A stretch of DNA of 64,000 bases from Octopus sinensis (taxonomy: Eukaryota), in NCBI RefSeq assembly GCF_006345805.1, contig NC_042998.1:109120001-109184000 (forward strand). Direction: 5' to 3'. Below the pieces are notes generated by a model, which made no database searches, was not told the DNA's origin, and saw only the letters and a program-made list of their open reading frames with translations. The translations under genes and the position numbers were made by a program. Shown here piece by piece: positions 10,700-23,984 of the stretch. Each line of letters begins with the position of its first letter. The first letter of the stretch is position 1.

Positions 10700-11450
10700 A
10701 ATGAAAAAGTGCCAAATATATAAGTAGAAAAATCACCCTTGTCTTCATCCGAATCACGATATTTGAGCTGATTAGCTTAAACAGTAGGACTATCCATAAC
10801 TTTTATAAGGTATTCTTTTCTCACTTTCAACCTCGTTCCTCCTTGTAGCTCTTGGTATACTTCCAATATTCCAAGGTATTCTAACTGTCCAACTTTTAAG
10901 GAGCTCATTCGATGTTTCTGCTTTTACTTATATAATCTAACACTTTCCTCTGTCTTGATCCTTCTTATTTTAAGGATAAGATAAACTACATTTCTTTAAT
11001 CCAAACTCTGATTTTTCTTAGCTTATTCATCTTGATATACGATCAGAGATAACCTTACTTTTAATCGCTTTCTTCATTCCTTCCTTGTTTTCATTTATTG
11101 CTCTGGCAAACAATATGATATCATCTTCTGAAACACTAACAGACTTTTAAATGCCATGTCAAAATCTTTAAAAGGCATTTATGATATCCTCTGGTAATAT
11201 ACTGAAATTTGCGGTTTGTGTAAATTATACATTGCGAAATATTCTGATATGTATACAAATCTTTTTGAAATAGGACAAGGTATCTCCTTGGAATATTATT
11301 TTCCAATACATACTTTAATCCTGCATGAAGGTAAATAGTATTTTTGTGTCCCTTTTTTACTTTTTCAATAACTTCCTAAAATATTTATTGGTTTTACCCA
11401 ATTCTCTTAAATAATATCAGTTGAGGTATTTTATTATCTTTAATTCACTA
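10700..11450 (-). pseudogene. R4/Dong-like (RLE) LINE reverse transcriptase remnant
   Basis: Minus-strand peptides IIFQGDTLSYF, SEDDIILFA and YLGILEV...KVRKEYL; many stops. Confidence 0.55.
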
Positions 11451-12116
11451 ACGGTTCTTTCAAATGCACGTTTCACTCAGCTTGGTGATTGGTAAGGATT
11501 TCTACTTTTTTTCTACCTTTTTACATCCTTTGTATATGCTATGTCATCAAATGGTTGTTACCCGCGACGTATAGTTACGGGACAATATTAGGTAATGTAA
11601 TACTAAAATTGTATTTTTTAATTTAATATTTCTGTTGTTTTACTGAAAACAAATAGTTGTATAAATAATTCTTATTTCTTAAGGAGTGAGGATTATTTTT
11701 TTTCCTACTTTGTGGATATAAATATTCATTCCATGGAATATTATAAAATCCACTGAGCTGGAATACACTCTACTAATGATGCTGGTACAGGTGAAAAGGC
11801 ACTCAGCTATTCTTACTGTTCCATCTATTGAAATTGTTATCAATTTTATTATTTTGATACTACTTTACTTTCATTACAGTTTATTCAAAAGACTGCGTTT
11901 TTCACTGGAAAATTACTGAATGAGTCTACTTGTTATATGCGAAAGTATTCCATTGACAACAATCGACTCTTTATAACAATGAAATAAGATCTTGCTTCAC
12001 TACGTAGGGTATTCCGGGAGTTTGAGGTTCTTGATAGGTCTTAGGTGCTTTTCCTATACATACATGCATACATACATACATACATACATACATACGTACA
12101 TACATACATACATACA

Positions 12117-12148
<32 letters not shown>

Positions 12149-12376
12149 CATACATACATACATACATGCACACAGGTGTACACACACTTACAAACTCACC
12201 CACTATTTTGTGTTTCTTTCTAATGGTCTTCATTCGCTGTCATTGTAATAAATATGATTCTTCTTTTTCTTTTTCTTCTTCTTCTTCTTCTTTTTCTTCT
12301 TCTTCTATTACCACTACTACTTCTAATTATAATAATAATTAAAAATAATTATTATTATCAATATCATTATTATGGA

Positions 12377-12565
12377 GTAAGGCGGCAAACTGGCAGAATC
12401 GTTAGCACGCCAGAGGAAACGCTCCGCAGCATTTCGGCCTCTCGAACGTGCGTAATTAAAATTCCATTGAGGTCGATAAAATAAGTACTACTTGAATACT
12501 AGGGTCGATGTAATCGACTAACCCCTAGCCCCGAAATTCTTAGCCTTGTACCAAAATTTGAAACC
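12377..12565 (+). mobile_element. Octopus OK-like SINE
   Basis: gtaaggcggcaaactggcagaatcgttagcacg...gtcgataaaataagtac...aaaatttgaaacc; the family recurs many times in the window. Confidence 0.7.
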
Positions 12566-12630
12566 AATATTATCATTATGAAAACGAATATTAGAAACGA
12601 TTATTAAAAAGTAGTAGAAAGGAATATTAT

Positions 12631-12840
12631 GAAGTTGGTGAGCTGGCAGAATCCTCAGCACCCGGGTAAAATGCCTAGCGGCATCTCGTCCGTCTTCCCG
12701 TTCTGAGTTCATTTTCCACCGAGGTCGGTTTTGCTTTTTATCCTCTCAGGGTCGATAAAAAAATACCAGCTGATCCCTGGGCGTGATGTGACCGACTTAC
12801 GCCTTCCCCGAAATTGACGCTCATGTGCCAAAATTTGAAT
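12631..12840 (+). mobile_element. Octopus OK-like SINE (tandem neighbour)
   Basis: gagctggcagaatc...gttctgagttc...gaggtcg...gtgccaaaatttgaa. Confidence 0.7.
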
Positions 12841-14429
12841 ATCTTAATAAGCAACTTAATACTTTAAAAATATGCATATTTTGTATGGGTATATATAGCC
12901 TTCTAAGATCATGATCAACGGAGGAAAATTGAATGTAAGTATGTCCCGACGTAAATTCATAATTATTCCAGCTAATTAAGTGAAGAAAAATATAAAGAGT
13001 CCAAAATGCCTGCATTATTTATTGCGTCATGCTCCTTTACATTATAAGTCATAATTAATTCTGAAAAATCAATAAAATGTATATCAGTGATATAGTAGGG
13101 GTAAATTAAACCAAGATATAAATTGTGACGTTAGTTCAAATTTATAAACCATTAAAGACAGTGGATGACAGAATCAGCTGAACAAAGATAAAATGTCTTA
13201 CGGTGTTTTAGTTACGACCTTCAAAATTATATTTTCAAATTTCGCCGAGGTAGACTTTGCTCTTGTCTTTTCTAAATCGATAAAATAAAGTATCAGTTAA
13301 GTACTGGAGTCGATTCAAGCAACTAAACTCTTACCTCAACATTTGTGATTGTGTGCCAATGTATAAGACATGGTTATTGTTGTAAGCTTACATATTTACC
13401 GTCAGCTTTACAGAAATAAATCCTTGCTATTTGCTATGTAAGCAAATTGGAAATATTTCAATACTCTCTTCTCCACTTTTTCATTTCTTTTTCATTTTTA
13501 AAAAATTTTCTTTCTTCCTTGATAACTGTTTTGTATTTCTGTGCATCCGTTTACACGCTAGTAATGTTTGTTATGAAGTGTGAGATGTGCGTGTGAACGT
13601 GTGTTGCATATGTGTACACTATTGAATTTGTTAAGTATCATTTGTTGTTCTTCTTAACGCTTTTCGCTTTATCTCTTTTCCTCTATTATAGAAAGGATTT
13701 TCTTCTAATGTGTGCTACGTGAAGTCCAAATGTTCAGCTAGTAACAAAATATAATGCTTCTTCCTAGTATTTTTATCCCTATCATTGTTTAGTAGTCTAA
13801 GCATTCCTATTATTATAGGAATTACAGTTGTATTCCTTCTGTATTTTACTTTTTTATCCCAACAATACGTTCAGGTTTATTTGTTTGTTTAATGATATAT
13901 TTATGATATATTTATGCTCGCAGATCATCGTGATGCCTTAGTTAACGCACACAATTTTTTTCCTTAACATGTCGTTGCGAATGTGTTTGTTTTACCAGTT
14001 TTTTTCTCTTTGTGCAGTGCTATCATCCAGAGATTCGTCACACTTCATTTTTTATTCTCATTTTTCATGTAATGTCTCAAGAACAAGCTTATACTATTTA
14101 AAGGTTGTTTGGCCCTTGTAATACTTATTTTTTATAAAAAGTAATCGGATGGTTGTCAATGAATTATATATTCAATATTTTCATCAAACAGCACATACTC
14201 AACGCGCTTCTGTTCTTGCTTCATAAATATGATTTGGAGTCCACAACATGTGAGATAACCCTGTAATGACCTAAAATCAAACAATAACAACAACTATACG
14301 TCTGCTCGACTAGAGTTTTTTTTGGAGCGGGTAGATTTTGTTCGTTTTTTATTCTGTCACATTTGTCTAATCTATTTTTTTACGGATACTCCTTAATTTC
14401 TGTATATTTAGTACCAATAATAATTGTTT

Positions 14430-14640
14430 GAATTTTTAACACAAGGCCAGAATTTTAATTGGTGAGGCTAGTCAATCACATCGGCCTCAGTGCTCAACTG
14501 GTACTTATTTTATGGACCCCTAAAGGATGTGAGGCAAAGTCGACCTTGGGAGAAATTTAAATCAGAACGTCAAGAACTGGAAGATATTAGCGCTAAGCAT
14601 TTTGTGCCAAACGCTAAAGATTCTTACCGATCGCTGCTAT
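14430..14640 (-). mobile_element. OK-like SINE, minus strand
   Basis: ggtacttattttatggacccc...aaagtcgacctt...cgctaagcat, the reverse complement of the family above. Confidence 0.6.
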
Positions 14641-14829
14641 CAATAATAATATTAATAATAATGCATTCTTTATCTATCACTAATAGTTTACACAAATATG
14701 AAGGTAATTACAAGACTATACAATACAATATTATAAGATGAGAAGTTATATGTAAACAAAAGAATAACAAAAACAACGAAACAAAAATTCTCAGGTTGTT
14801 CGAGCCATTTCCACAAAATCACGGTCAAG

Positions 14830-15235
14830 AGAGAACGTCACTAAAGGGTACAAAAGGAGAATTGGAAACAAAATTAAATTGATTACTCTCACCCTTTCTG
14901 AAATGGACAAAGATCGAGCTGCAGAACTTAGAAGAACCAGAAAGCTGCTAACAATGCACAATGCAATCCATCCTAAAAGTCATACCGACTGACTCTTCCA
15001 CCTTTCCAAGAAGGGAAGGTGATAGAGGATTACTTAACGCAGAAGATGCTGTTTATGCTGCGATACTAGGTCTGAAATATTATGTTGTACAGAGTAAAGA
15101 AAGAATACATTCAGCAGCCAAGTGATACCCAAAAAAGGAATGAAACAGTAGGAGAATTCAAAGAGGAAAAGAAGAACAACAGAATGAACAAATGGAAAGA
15201 AATGGAACTTCAATTCATGCTACAAGCAGAAAATG
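14830..15235 (+). pseudogene. R4/Dong-like LINE fragment (post-RT region)
   Basis: Translates to RTRKLLTMHNAIHPKSHTD*LFH...EGDRGLLNAED, resembling the HPKSDVDRLY...GGRGL motif of RLE LINEs. Confidence 0.7.
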
Positions 15236-18200
15236 TTGGAAGCGCACTGGCTTTGGTTCACAGCACAAACCCTTTCACTAAGGCCACCAGACATAAAAAC
15301 TGCCTTTCCTTTCTGGCCAAAAGAAGGCTACTGGACACTCCTTACAGCGGACTCAACCGATAGGTGTCCCTCACACGACAGCAGGTGTTCAACATAATTT
15401 CCCAAGTCAGTAATAGTCGGACACTGGATGTGTGCGTGCAAAACAGTTTTGTCACTCTGCGCGCATCCTGGGAAGGCCCATTTGACGGCACTTCCTTTCT
15501 TGTAGAGTTTATCTCATGCCGACCATGCCTCCCCACACCCAGTAGTGTTGACTCCAGTACAGTGCGTAAAGCCAGTGAGGCTATTGATATTGGTTATTTC
15601 AATGTGTATCAATTTTTCTTTGCTTTTGCTTAGTGGGAGAGATGGTGTGTTTAGAAAGTTCTTGTATGTTTCTTGGTGTTTGGAGACAGTTTTTCTTGGA
15701 GTAAAATGGATTATTGTGACACGCGCGTGTCTTTCATTTGCAGTGTTTTTTTTCGTTGCATTGGTGGTCTAGAGGTATGATCTGTGTTCAGCTTCTTATG
15801 ATAAGTCGTGCGCTGTTTCTTTTGTTTGTTTTTTACACTATTGATGTATGTTTGTATTGAATATATATGCTATCACTGGTTGCTCTAAGCCTGTTTGTGT
15901 TCTTTTGCCGTCTTTACTGTCGCCAATATTTATTGTGAATGTGAAAGAGGTAAATGCAACTTATTTTTGTCTTTAGCTTTGTATGGTATGTAGTTGAATG
16001 TGACGGTTAGCTGTATTTGATATTCTCTAGTATTATTAGTAAGAAGAAAAGCATTGGATTGATATGACCTGTTGTGGAAAAAATTTTTTTGTGATTTAAT
16101 AGGGTTGGAGTAGATGTGCAACAGTACCTGAAGAATGCTGAGAGGATATAAATGTCATCACATCTGCGTCTGAGGCTGGTTCTCTGCATGTTCTGTGGAG
16201 ATGTGGTAAGGTGATATAGGTATAGGTTGAAATGAGTGGGTGAGAGGACGAATCTATATGGTCTCCATTCAAAAAATTGCGCTTATGCAAGTGTTGTTTT
16301 CTTTCATGGCCTTGAGTATATTTTTAATATAACTGGATAGTGAGTCATGGAGTCAAGAGCTTTACTCATGTTAAAAGTAATCGAAATGTTACATGCTTAT
16401 AGCCAACATGTATAATCTGCGTTAGGTTTTGTCACTAGTGATCTGAATCCATGTGACAAAGAGAGAGCGATATATGGATTAATGCCGTCACGACTTAACC
16501 TTTTTAGACTATTTGTCGGGCTTTAGAATTATTGTAATTTGGTTCAGCTTCTAGATTCTATGAAAATTTGATAACGGTACAAACAGCTGCAGATATTCAT
16601 AATTGCAGTGAATCCGCAGGTTTTTCGGTGTATAGTTGTGATTTTGTTTATCAAAAGGCATATGAGTTATTTAATTTCGTTAATGCTTTCGAAGTTTCTA
16701 ATGGGAAAATAGTCAAAACCGTGGTCTATTTGGATGGTACATACTTTTCATTTTAAGTTCTCACCCTTTATGCATTCTGTCGGTTGATATTTGAGAAATA
16801 TTTATTAAGGGCGTTTCCTTGTTACAGTGTGAGGATATTAGTTGAGATTGGTGTATTGTTGAATTTGGAAATAATATCTGTTATTGTATTGTTATTGTTG
16901 TTGTTGTTGTTGTTGACGACGATGATGATAATTACTCGATGTAGAGTTTTACGATAAATTTCGTAGTTTATGATGGATAAAACGTTCTCCAGTTTTTTGA
17001 TTTGTGATGTTTATTATTGTCAGTATTTTTGTTAGGTATCCCGTTATTTCATTGCTTAGATATTTGATTTTGAGTTTCATAGGATTTGGGCGAATTGTAT
17101 TTGAAGTCGTTCTTGTTTTTTTTTTTGGGGGGGGGTTCAGGTCTATTATTTCTCGTGCATAACTAGTGTTGTGCGAGAGTACGACACCTTCTGGTGAGAA
17201 TGCTAGGACACAGCGTAAAAATCTGAGTCGATCACATCGATTCCAGTATTATTTTTTTAAACTGATGCTTATTATATTGGCCTTTGTTGTCAAACACAGT
17301 TTGCACCAGTTTCCGTCTTCGAAATTCACTTACAAGGCACAACAGTAGAAGACATTTGTCCAAAATACTTTGCAGTGAGACAGAAGCAGGAGCTATGCGC
17401 TTACAAAGTGAACCTTATAACTACACAGTGATGCTTGTGTCCAATGTTTATTATATTAACTAGCAGAAAACAGCCTGAGGATGCTACTTGTAATCATTAC
17501 ATCAAATTAAATCAATACATTATCTAAGAATAAATGCGAGGTCGACGTAGGCACAGAAAATAATTCAAGGCTTTTAATATTCAAAGGATCAAGGTTTACA
17601 CATTTATCTTTAACGGAATGAAATTTCTATGTAATTTTGAAATAAAATAACAGAGAAGGGAATACAAATGAAGTGTGAGAGAAAAAAAGAGATACAAAGA
17701 GGGAAAGGAGTAAGACCTTACAAAGCACTGACTGTGTAAGATGTTAAAAATTACTGACTATCCCGCAGTGATTTAAATTAGCTTTTTGATTAAATCGTGC
17801 AGTTGAAATCTCCAATAATAAAATAACCACATTTTGATAATAACAGTATATTAAAATTGGAATTTTAATAATTTTCTAGACTTTGTAGACTTTAACAATT
17901 GCTTTCTTTTAATAAAAATTACATATTCATAACGTAATTAGTAAGCTGTTTCCTTTACTATAGTATAGATGAGCTTCGTGTTAATTTTTTATTTTGAAAG
18001 TGTACACTGTTAGTGTAGTATCGCTAAGTATTGGTTTACTAACATCATTCGTGATAAGATTTATGTATGATATAACACCATTCTAGATAGAGTCAGTCTG
18101 GTCTGAGTTGAGTATAATTTTAAATAATTTGTGTTCAGTATCTATGGGTTTTTTTAAAATTCTATGAAGATGTTTTAACTGCTGATAATTTAGACTTTTT

Positions 18201-18863
18201 AGATTATTTTTGTTATTTTTACAGAGTTCCTTTTCGCATGTGAAACGTTAAGTATTGCCAGTAATTCTCTGACTTCGATTTTCGTGAATGATCTTTGTGA
18301 CCACTAAGTGCAGCTGTTTCATTAACAGCAGGACCTTGTTGCTAGTGACCGCCACTAGTTTCAGAAATTCAGTATTGGTTTTACGAAGTCAAACAGTGAA
18401 TATTGAAGATGTCATTGCCAATGGAAACGCTCAGAGCGACGTAGGTGGCAACGATAAGTAACTTATGACACGGAGACATATAGGTGGCTGCTCAGAAATG
18501 GTGCAACCTTTATACCTAACTAAGTGAACTGCCTTTTTCTCTGTCTCGCCATTGCCAGAAGGTTATGCATTGTTTTTAATCAAACATACGTAATTGAAGA
18601 AATGACTGAATTCTTTTATAATCTATTCTATTGGTGTTTTTTACATGTCCCTATTAGTATTCTATGTTTAGGTTTGAAAACTATAATTCGAAGTCAAATA
18701 TATATGTGTCATATGTATGTACATATATGTGTTTATCGTATGTATGTGCTTAAATATATTAATGTGTGTATGCATGAATGTGTATATATGTGTGTATGTA
18801 TGTTTGAATGTGTGTATATATGTGTATACATATATATATATACACGTGTGTAGATGCATCATA

Positions 18864-18898
<35 letters not shown>

Positions 18899-20433
18899 GT
18901 GTATGCATACATATACACTGTACGTATACACATGCAAACCTTCATAATGTATACATAAATATGCATTCATGTGTGTGTGTGTATGTGTGTATGTGTGTAG
19001 ATTTGTGTGTATTTATTTGTGTATATGTGTATATATGTATACATATGTATGTATGTATATATGCATGTATATATATATATATATACTCAATAAGTACACA
19101 CACAAACACACACACAGATATATGTAGATAGACAAATATTCTATGTCCTAACTCAAACACGCGTTTCTATACATGAATAGACACATGTGTGTAAATGTGT
19201 TTGTCAAAACATAAAGAAAATGATATTAATGAAAAATAATAAAGGAAACAACTAAAATCAAAGAAGAGCAGAGGAACAGTTTCAAAGCAGAAGGTACATT
19301 AGCATCTCATAAATCAATTAGATAGAAGAACATCATTTACTAATCAATTCTCACTATGAATACTGATCATCTCACAAAACTGTTTTGAAATTGAGGAATG
19401 TAATAACATAGCTAATCACTAAGGTGACAGGATACTCCCGAACCACCACTACCGCCAACCCATCACAATTACCATCACCATCCAGTCACCACAATGCCTT
19501 CATTATCAGCAATAACAGAACTGGTATCACCACTGCCATCACCACTGCCATCACCACTGCCACTTTTAAACACCATCATTATCACTAACAGTACTACTAT
19601 CAATACCAACGTCATAAAAACGAAAATGACGATGACTACGAAACCAACAACATCATTTTACCCCTGACACCAACACCTCCACAATCACCTCACCACTATC
19701 ATCATTATCATCATTATCGCTTCATATAGTAAATAAGTAGTACAAATTTAAATTAGAGACATCAGTTGTAAGATGGTTAATGGTATAGTAAAATTGCTAT
19801 TTAAGTAGTCACAAGCATTCTCAATTAAAATTCGGGTATTTCTTTTGAATAAATTACATAACAAAACTTTAATTGCTCTCTCTCTCACCTTATCATATTC
19901 TCTCTCATTTCCCTCTGTATATACATATATACAGATATAGAAAAGAACAGTAAAATAACTATAGAAAAATAAACACGAGTAAAATTTGACCTTTTTATTT
20001 CATTTAGTATATGTAACAATCAAATGTAACAATCTCACCCCTTACCATATTTGCAATGAATTATGCCCTTACCGTTTTTGAAATATATAATACAATGCTA
20101 CAAAGTTTGAAGGCATAAAATGACAATCCATATATTTTGCTAATATTAAAGTAACTGGGCGATGATTATTTAGCAATTTTGGGAATGATATTCTGAGTCA
20201 CAGATGTATTATTACAAACGGATTTCGCTCAGTTACATGCATTGAGTATTCTGACTCTATGTAAACACAAACTATACATACATACACCCGTAGACATACA
20301 CATACATAATACACGCACAAATATACACACACACACAAACACACGGAAACAGACATATACACATACACTATACATATTTACAGATATGTACTTAGACATA
20401 TTCAGAACTCAATAGATAGACAGACAGACAGAC

Positions 20434-20515
<82 letters not shown>

Positions 20516-20516
20516 G

Positions 20517-20578
<62 letters not shown>

Positions 20579-21071
20579 GATAGATGAACAGACAGGTAGT
20601 TAGGTGGCTGTTTGCATGTTGTGTGTGTGTATATATGTGTGTGTATAAACTTATAAAATAAGAAGATGGAATGAACAGGCTTTACTCACAAATCACACAA
20701 CTGTTTCTGTGCATTAGTAACCACTGTTAGTTGCTGATTTTTCCATATTATACATCTGAATATATATAACTATGAATATTATATAACTATGATCCAGCGA
20801 TAGCTGTGTCCTCACAGGTCACCAGGTGATTAGCTTTAGTGCTCTCAAAGCCATTCACCTGATGATGTGCGAGTACGTAGCTACCGATGGATCGCATTTA
20901 TTTAATATTTATGTAATAATATGCATAATATAGAAAACTCGGCAATTTACACTGTTAATAATGCACAGAAACAATTGTTTTAATGATTTTTATATGAATT
21001 TTGCCTACACTAACAGATTTCCATATACATGTCGAATAAAAGGAATATTCCTGCTGTTTGATGGCGTATGG

Positions 21072-23926
21072 CAGGGGTCTCCAAAGTACGGCCCGCGGGC
21101 CGGATTCGGCCCACCAAGGTTTTTAATCCGGCCCGCCGAGCTGTCCTCCAAAATTATAAAACAAATGTCGAAAAACAAGCCTTGCCGAAATCATACAAAA
21201 ACAAATATACTTTACACCCCTTTTAATACGTTTGACAAATATAGTACAGCAAAAAGACGCAAGACGACGCTAATTGATTTGCCATCAATTAATGTCTTTA
21301 AATTGCGCCGGCGAATTAAAAATTTATACGCTAAACTTTAGTGTAAATATAGGTTCTTTTCCACTCCCCCCGTTTTAACTGACCCATCAGAACCACCATA
21401 AAATGAATTAACTTCGCTATGGAGCTACCTATCATTCATCTTAGATAATAGGCGATTGTCAGTGAGATGGATGGTGCTGCTTACAATGAAGCAGAGATTC
21501 AATTTCTAGCTTTATTGATGTCGCAGAAAAGTCAACCTATTCCGTCAACTGTCGAGAGAGCAGATACGACAAGTATGACGTTAATAAAAGTCCCGTGCCT
21601 AGTATAATAAAAGAAGACAAATATCGATTTATCGATGTTACCTACATCTCACGAGCGATGAATAGAGAGGGTTGAGCCTGACGTTGTGTGGTGGTTTCTA
21701 ATCCTGGTGCAGTCGCCAATCAGCGTGGAGTAAAGTTCGATGCGCATTCCGTCAGTCAGCACAGACTTGGCGTTTTCGTTGTGCACAAGTGAGTCATTTG
21801 TCGTCGTCGCTGCCGAAGTGAATGCACGTATCGAGTGACCTGTGAATATTGTTTTTACTTGTTTCGTCCTTTTACATATATCGTCGAGCAAAATCTGTCG
21901 ACCCATGGTAAAAATGTTAGCTCAAGGAAGAAAACGAAAAATCGACTCTGAGTGTAGAGTTTTTAAGGAACAATGGAACATAGACTATTTTGTCATAGAG
22001 TCAAACAACAAGGCACTATGCGTTATATGCACCGACACAATTGCAGTACTTAAAGAGTACAACATTCGGAGACATTATGAAAAAAAGCATTCATCACAGT
22101 ACTACCAATTCATTGGACAGCTACGTAAAGAGAAATTTGACAAATTAAAGAGGAATTTATCATCAATGCAGTTTGTTTTCAAGAAGAAGGCTGTAGAAAA
22201 AGAGAGAGCAACAAGAGCAAGCTTCCATGTTGCTAACCTTTTGGCGAAGAAAGGTAAGCCATTTACAGATGGTGAACTTATTAAAAAGTGCTTGAATGAG
22301 GTAGCTAAGGAAATGTGTCCAGAAAACGTAGATTTATTTTCCGCAATTAGTCTTTCTGCGAACACTGTTGCTCGTAGGGTTGAACATATTGAAAGAAATA
22401 TTAAATCACAGCTAAAAGACAAAGCCAGCAAGTTTGTATGCTTTTCTGTTGCACTTGATGAGTCAATTGATGTATCAGACACATCCCAATTGTTATTGTT
22501 CATCAGAGGAATAAATGCCAATTTTGAGATTACTGAGGAACTTGTATCTGTGCACAGCATGCATGGAACAACAACAGGCATAGATATTTTTAGAGAAGTG
22601 GAAAAGTCAGTGGCTGAGTATAATTTGGAATGGAAAAAACTAAAATGCATAACAACAGATGGTGGCAGAAATATGTGTGGAACCAAAAAGGGCTTAGTTG
22701 GGCAAATTAACAAAGTAATTGAGAATTCCGGTGGATTGAAACCTTTGGTATTGCATTGTATTCTTCATCAGCAAGCACTGTGTGGAAAGCATCTTGATTT
22801 ATCATCTGTATTAGATCCTGTGATTTCCACTGTTAACTACATAAGATCTCATGGACTCAAACATCGCCAATTTCGTGATTTCTTGGAGGAAATGAATGCT
22901 GAGTTTCCAGACCTACCTTACTATACTTCAGTAAGATGGCTTAGCTATGGAAAAATTCTGGCTAGATTTTTTGAGCTTCGAACTGAAATTGAAATATTTT
23001 TAAATGAGAAAAACCATTCACAGGTGTTGCTCAAAGACAGTGAATGGCTGTGGAAATTAGCATTTTCAGCCGATTTAACTATGCATCTCAATGATTTCAA
23101 CCTACGGATACAAGGTGAAACTTCACTCATCTGTGATTTGTACTCAAAGGTGAAAGCTTTTCGTAAGAAATTAATACTATTTGAAAGTCAGTTAACAAGA
23201 AGCTGCTTTACTCATTTTTCACGATGTGACAAATATAGACAGGAAGCTGCCACTCCATTTCCAAACTTGTTTGCTCAAGATGTCATTTTAGCTTTGAAAC
23301 AACAGTTTGAAGAACGTTTTTCTGATCTTGATGCATGTTCTTCAAAACTAAGAATTTTTGAAAATCCATTTAACTCTGTTATTGGAGACTTACCTTCTGA
23401 GTTACAAATGGAAGTTATTGATTTGCAATCCAATGACATCCTGAAGGACAAATATAAAGAGGGAAATTTGATTGAATTCTACAAATGCCTTCCATCCGAC
23501 CAATTTCTTCATTTAAGGAGGTTTGCCTGTGAATTCATTTCAGTTTTTGGCACCACATATTTGTGTGAGAAGACTTTTTCAAAGATGAAATACACAAAAT
23601 CCTGCTACAGATCACAATTGTCTGATGAACATTTAAATGCATTGCTTGTTATTGGAACCACTCATTTTGAACCTCAGTTGGACAAAATTTTGTCAGAAAT
23701 GAAACAATTTCATGTTTCCCCTATTGATCAAAGTTAAAAAAAACATGTTAATTGTTACTGATATTATATACATTGTGATTATGTACTGAATAAATAACCT
23801 TTTTTAATTATTAATTCACTATTTATTTATATTATTTTAGTAAAATAAATAATTTAGAACCTTGGCCCCCGTAGCTTTAAAAATTCAGCAATGTGGCCCT
23901 CCGCTGGAAAACTTTGGAGACCCCTG
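21072..23926 (+). mobile_element. Complete autonomous hAT transposon of the Buster/SPIN/Charlie group (2,855 bp)
   Basis: Perfect 16-bp TIRs CAGGGGTCTCCAAAGT (21072-21087) and ACTTTGGAGACCCCTG (23911-23926). Perfect 8-bp TSD GCGTATGG (21064-21071, 23927-23934) with central TA. Subterminal GGCCC repeats. Intact transposase ORF. Confidence 0.96.
21905..23737 (+). CDS. hAT (Buster-type, GTF2IRD2/SPIN-like) transposase, about 610 aa, uninterrupted
   Basis: RKRK NLS; BED-like zinc finger CVIC...RRHYEKKH; catalytic D in ALDESID; D in TTDGG; CxxH in HCILHQQ; VRWLS; E in YLCEKTFSKMK. AATAAA at 23789. The track start at 21842 is GTG; the first ATG is 21905 (alternative 21914). Confidence 0.93.
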   Translation: MVKMLAQGRKRKIDSECRVFKEQWNIDYFVIESNNKALCVICTDTIAVLKEYNIRRHYEKKHSSQYYQFIGQLRKEKFDKLKRNLSSMQFVFKKKAVEKERATRASFHVANLLAKKGKPFTDGELIKKCLNEVAKEMCPENVDLFSAISLSANTVARRVEHIERNIKSQLKDKASKFVCFSVALDESIDVSDTSQLLLFIRGINANFEITEELVSVHSMHGTTTGIDIFREVEKSVAEYNLEWKKLKCITTDGGRNMCGTKKGLVGQINKVIENSGGLKPLVLHCILHQQALCGKHLDLSSVLDPVISTVNYIRSHGLKHRQFRDFLEEMNAEFPDLPYYTSVRWLSYGKILARFFELRTEIEIFLNEKNHSQVLLKDSEWLWKLAFSADLTMHLNDFNLRIQGETSLICDLYSKVKAFRKKLILFESQLTRSCFTHFSRCDKYRQEAATPFPNLFAQDVILALKQQFEERFSDLDACSSKLRIFENPFNSVIGDLPSELQMEVIDLQSNDILKDKYKEGNLIEFYKCLPSDQFLHLRRFACEFISVFGTTYLCEKTFSKMKYTKSCYRSQLSDEHLNALLVIGTTHFEPQLDKILSEMKQFHVSPIDQS

Positions 23927-23984
23927 GCGTATGGTAGCAGATAGCCGTAAAAGAGCTTTGAAATGCAAGCTACGAGGTTAATCC

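Noticed and set aside
15244-15577. Segment bounded by a 10-bp inverted repeat CACTGGCTTT/AAAGCCAGTG
   Set aside because: No TSD and no recognisable transposase motif; a 10-bp match could be chance.
20859-20910. CTGATGA followed by a TGCGA/TCGCA stem
   Set aside because: No GAAA box or stem I/III after the stem; not a hammerhead.
21842-21904. N-terminal 21 aa of the 631-aa ORF
   Set aside because: Begins at GTG; the first ATG is 21905 and family-like sequence starts after it.
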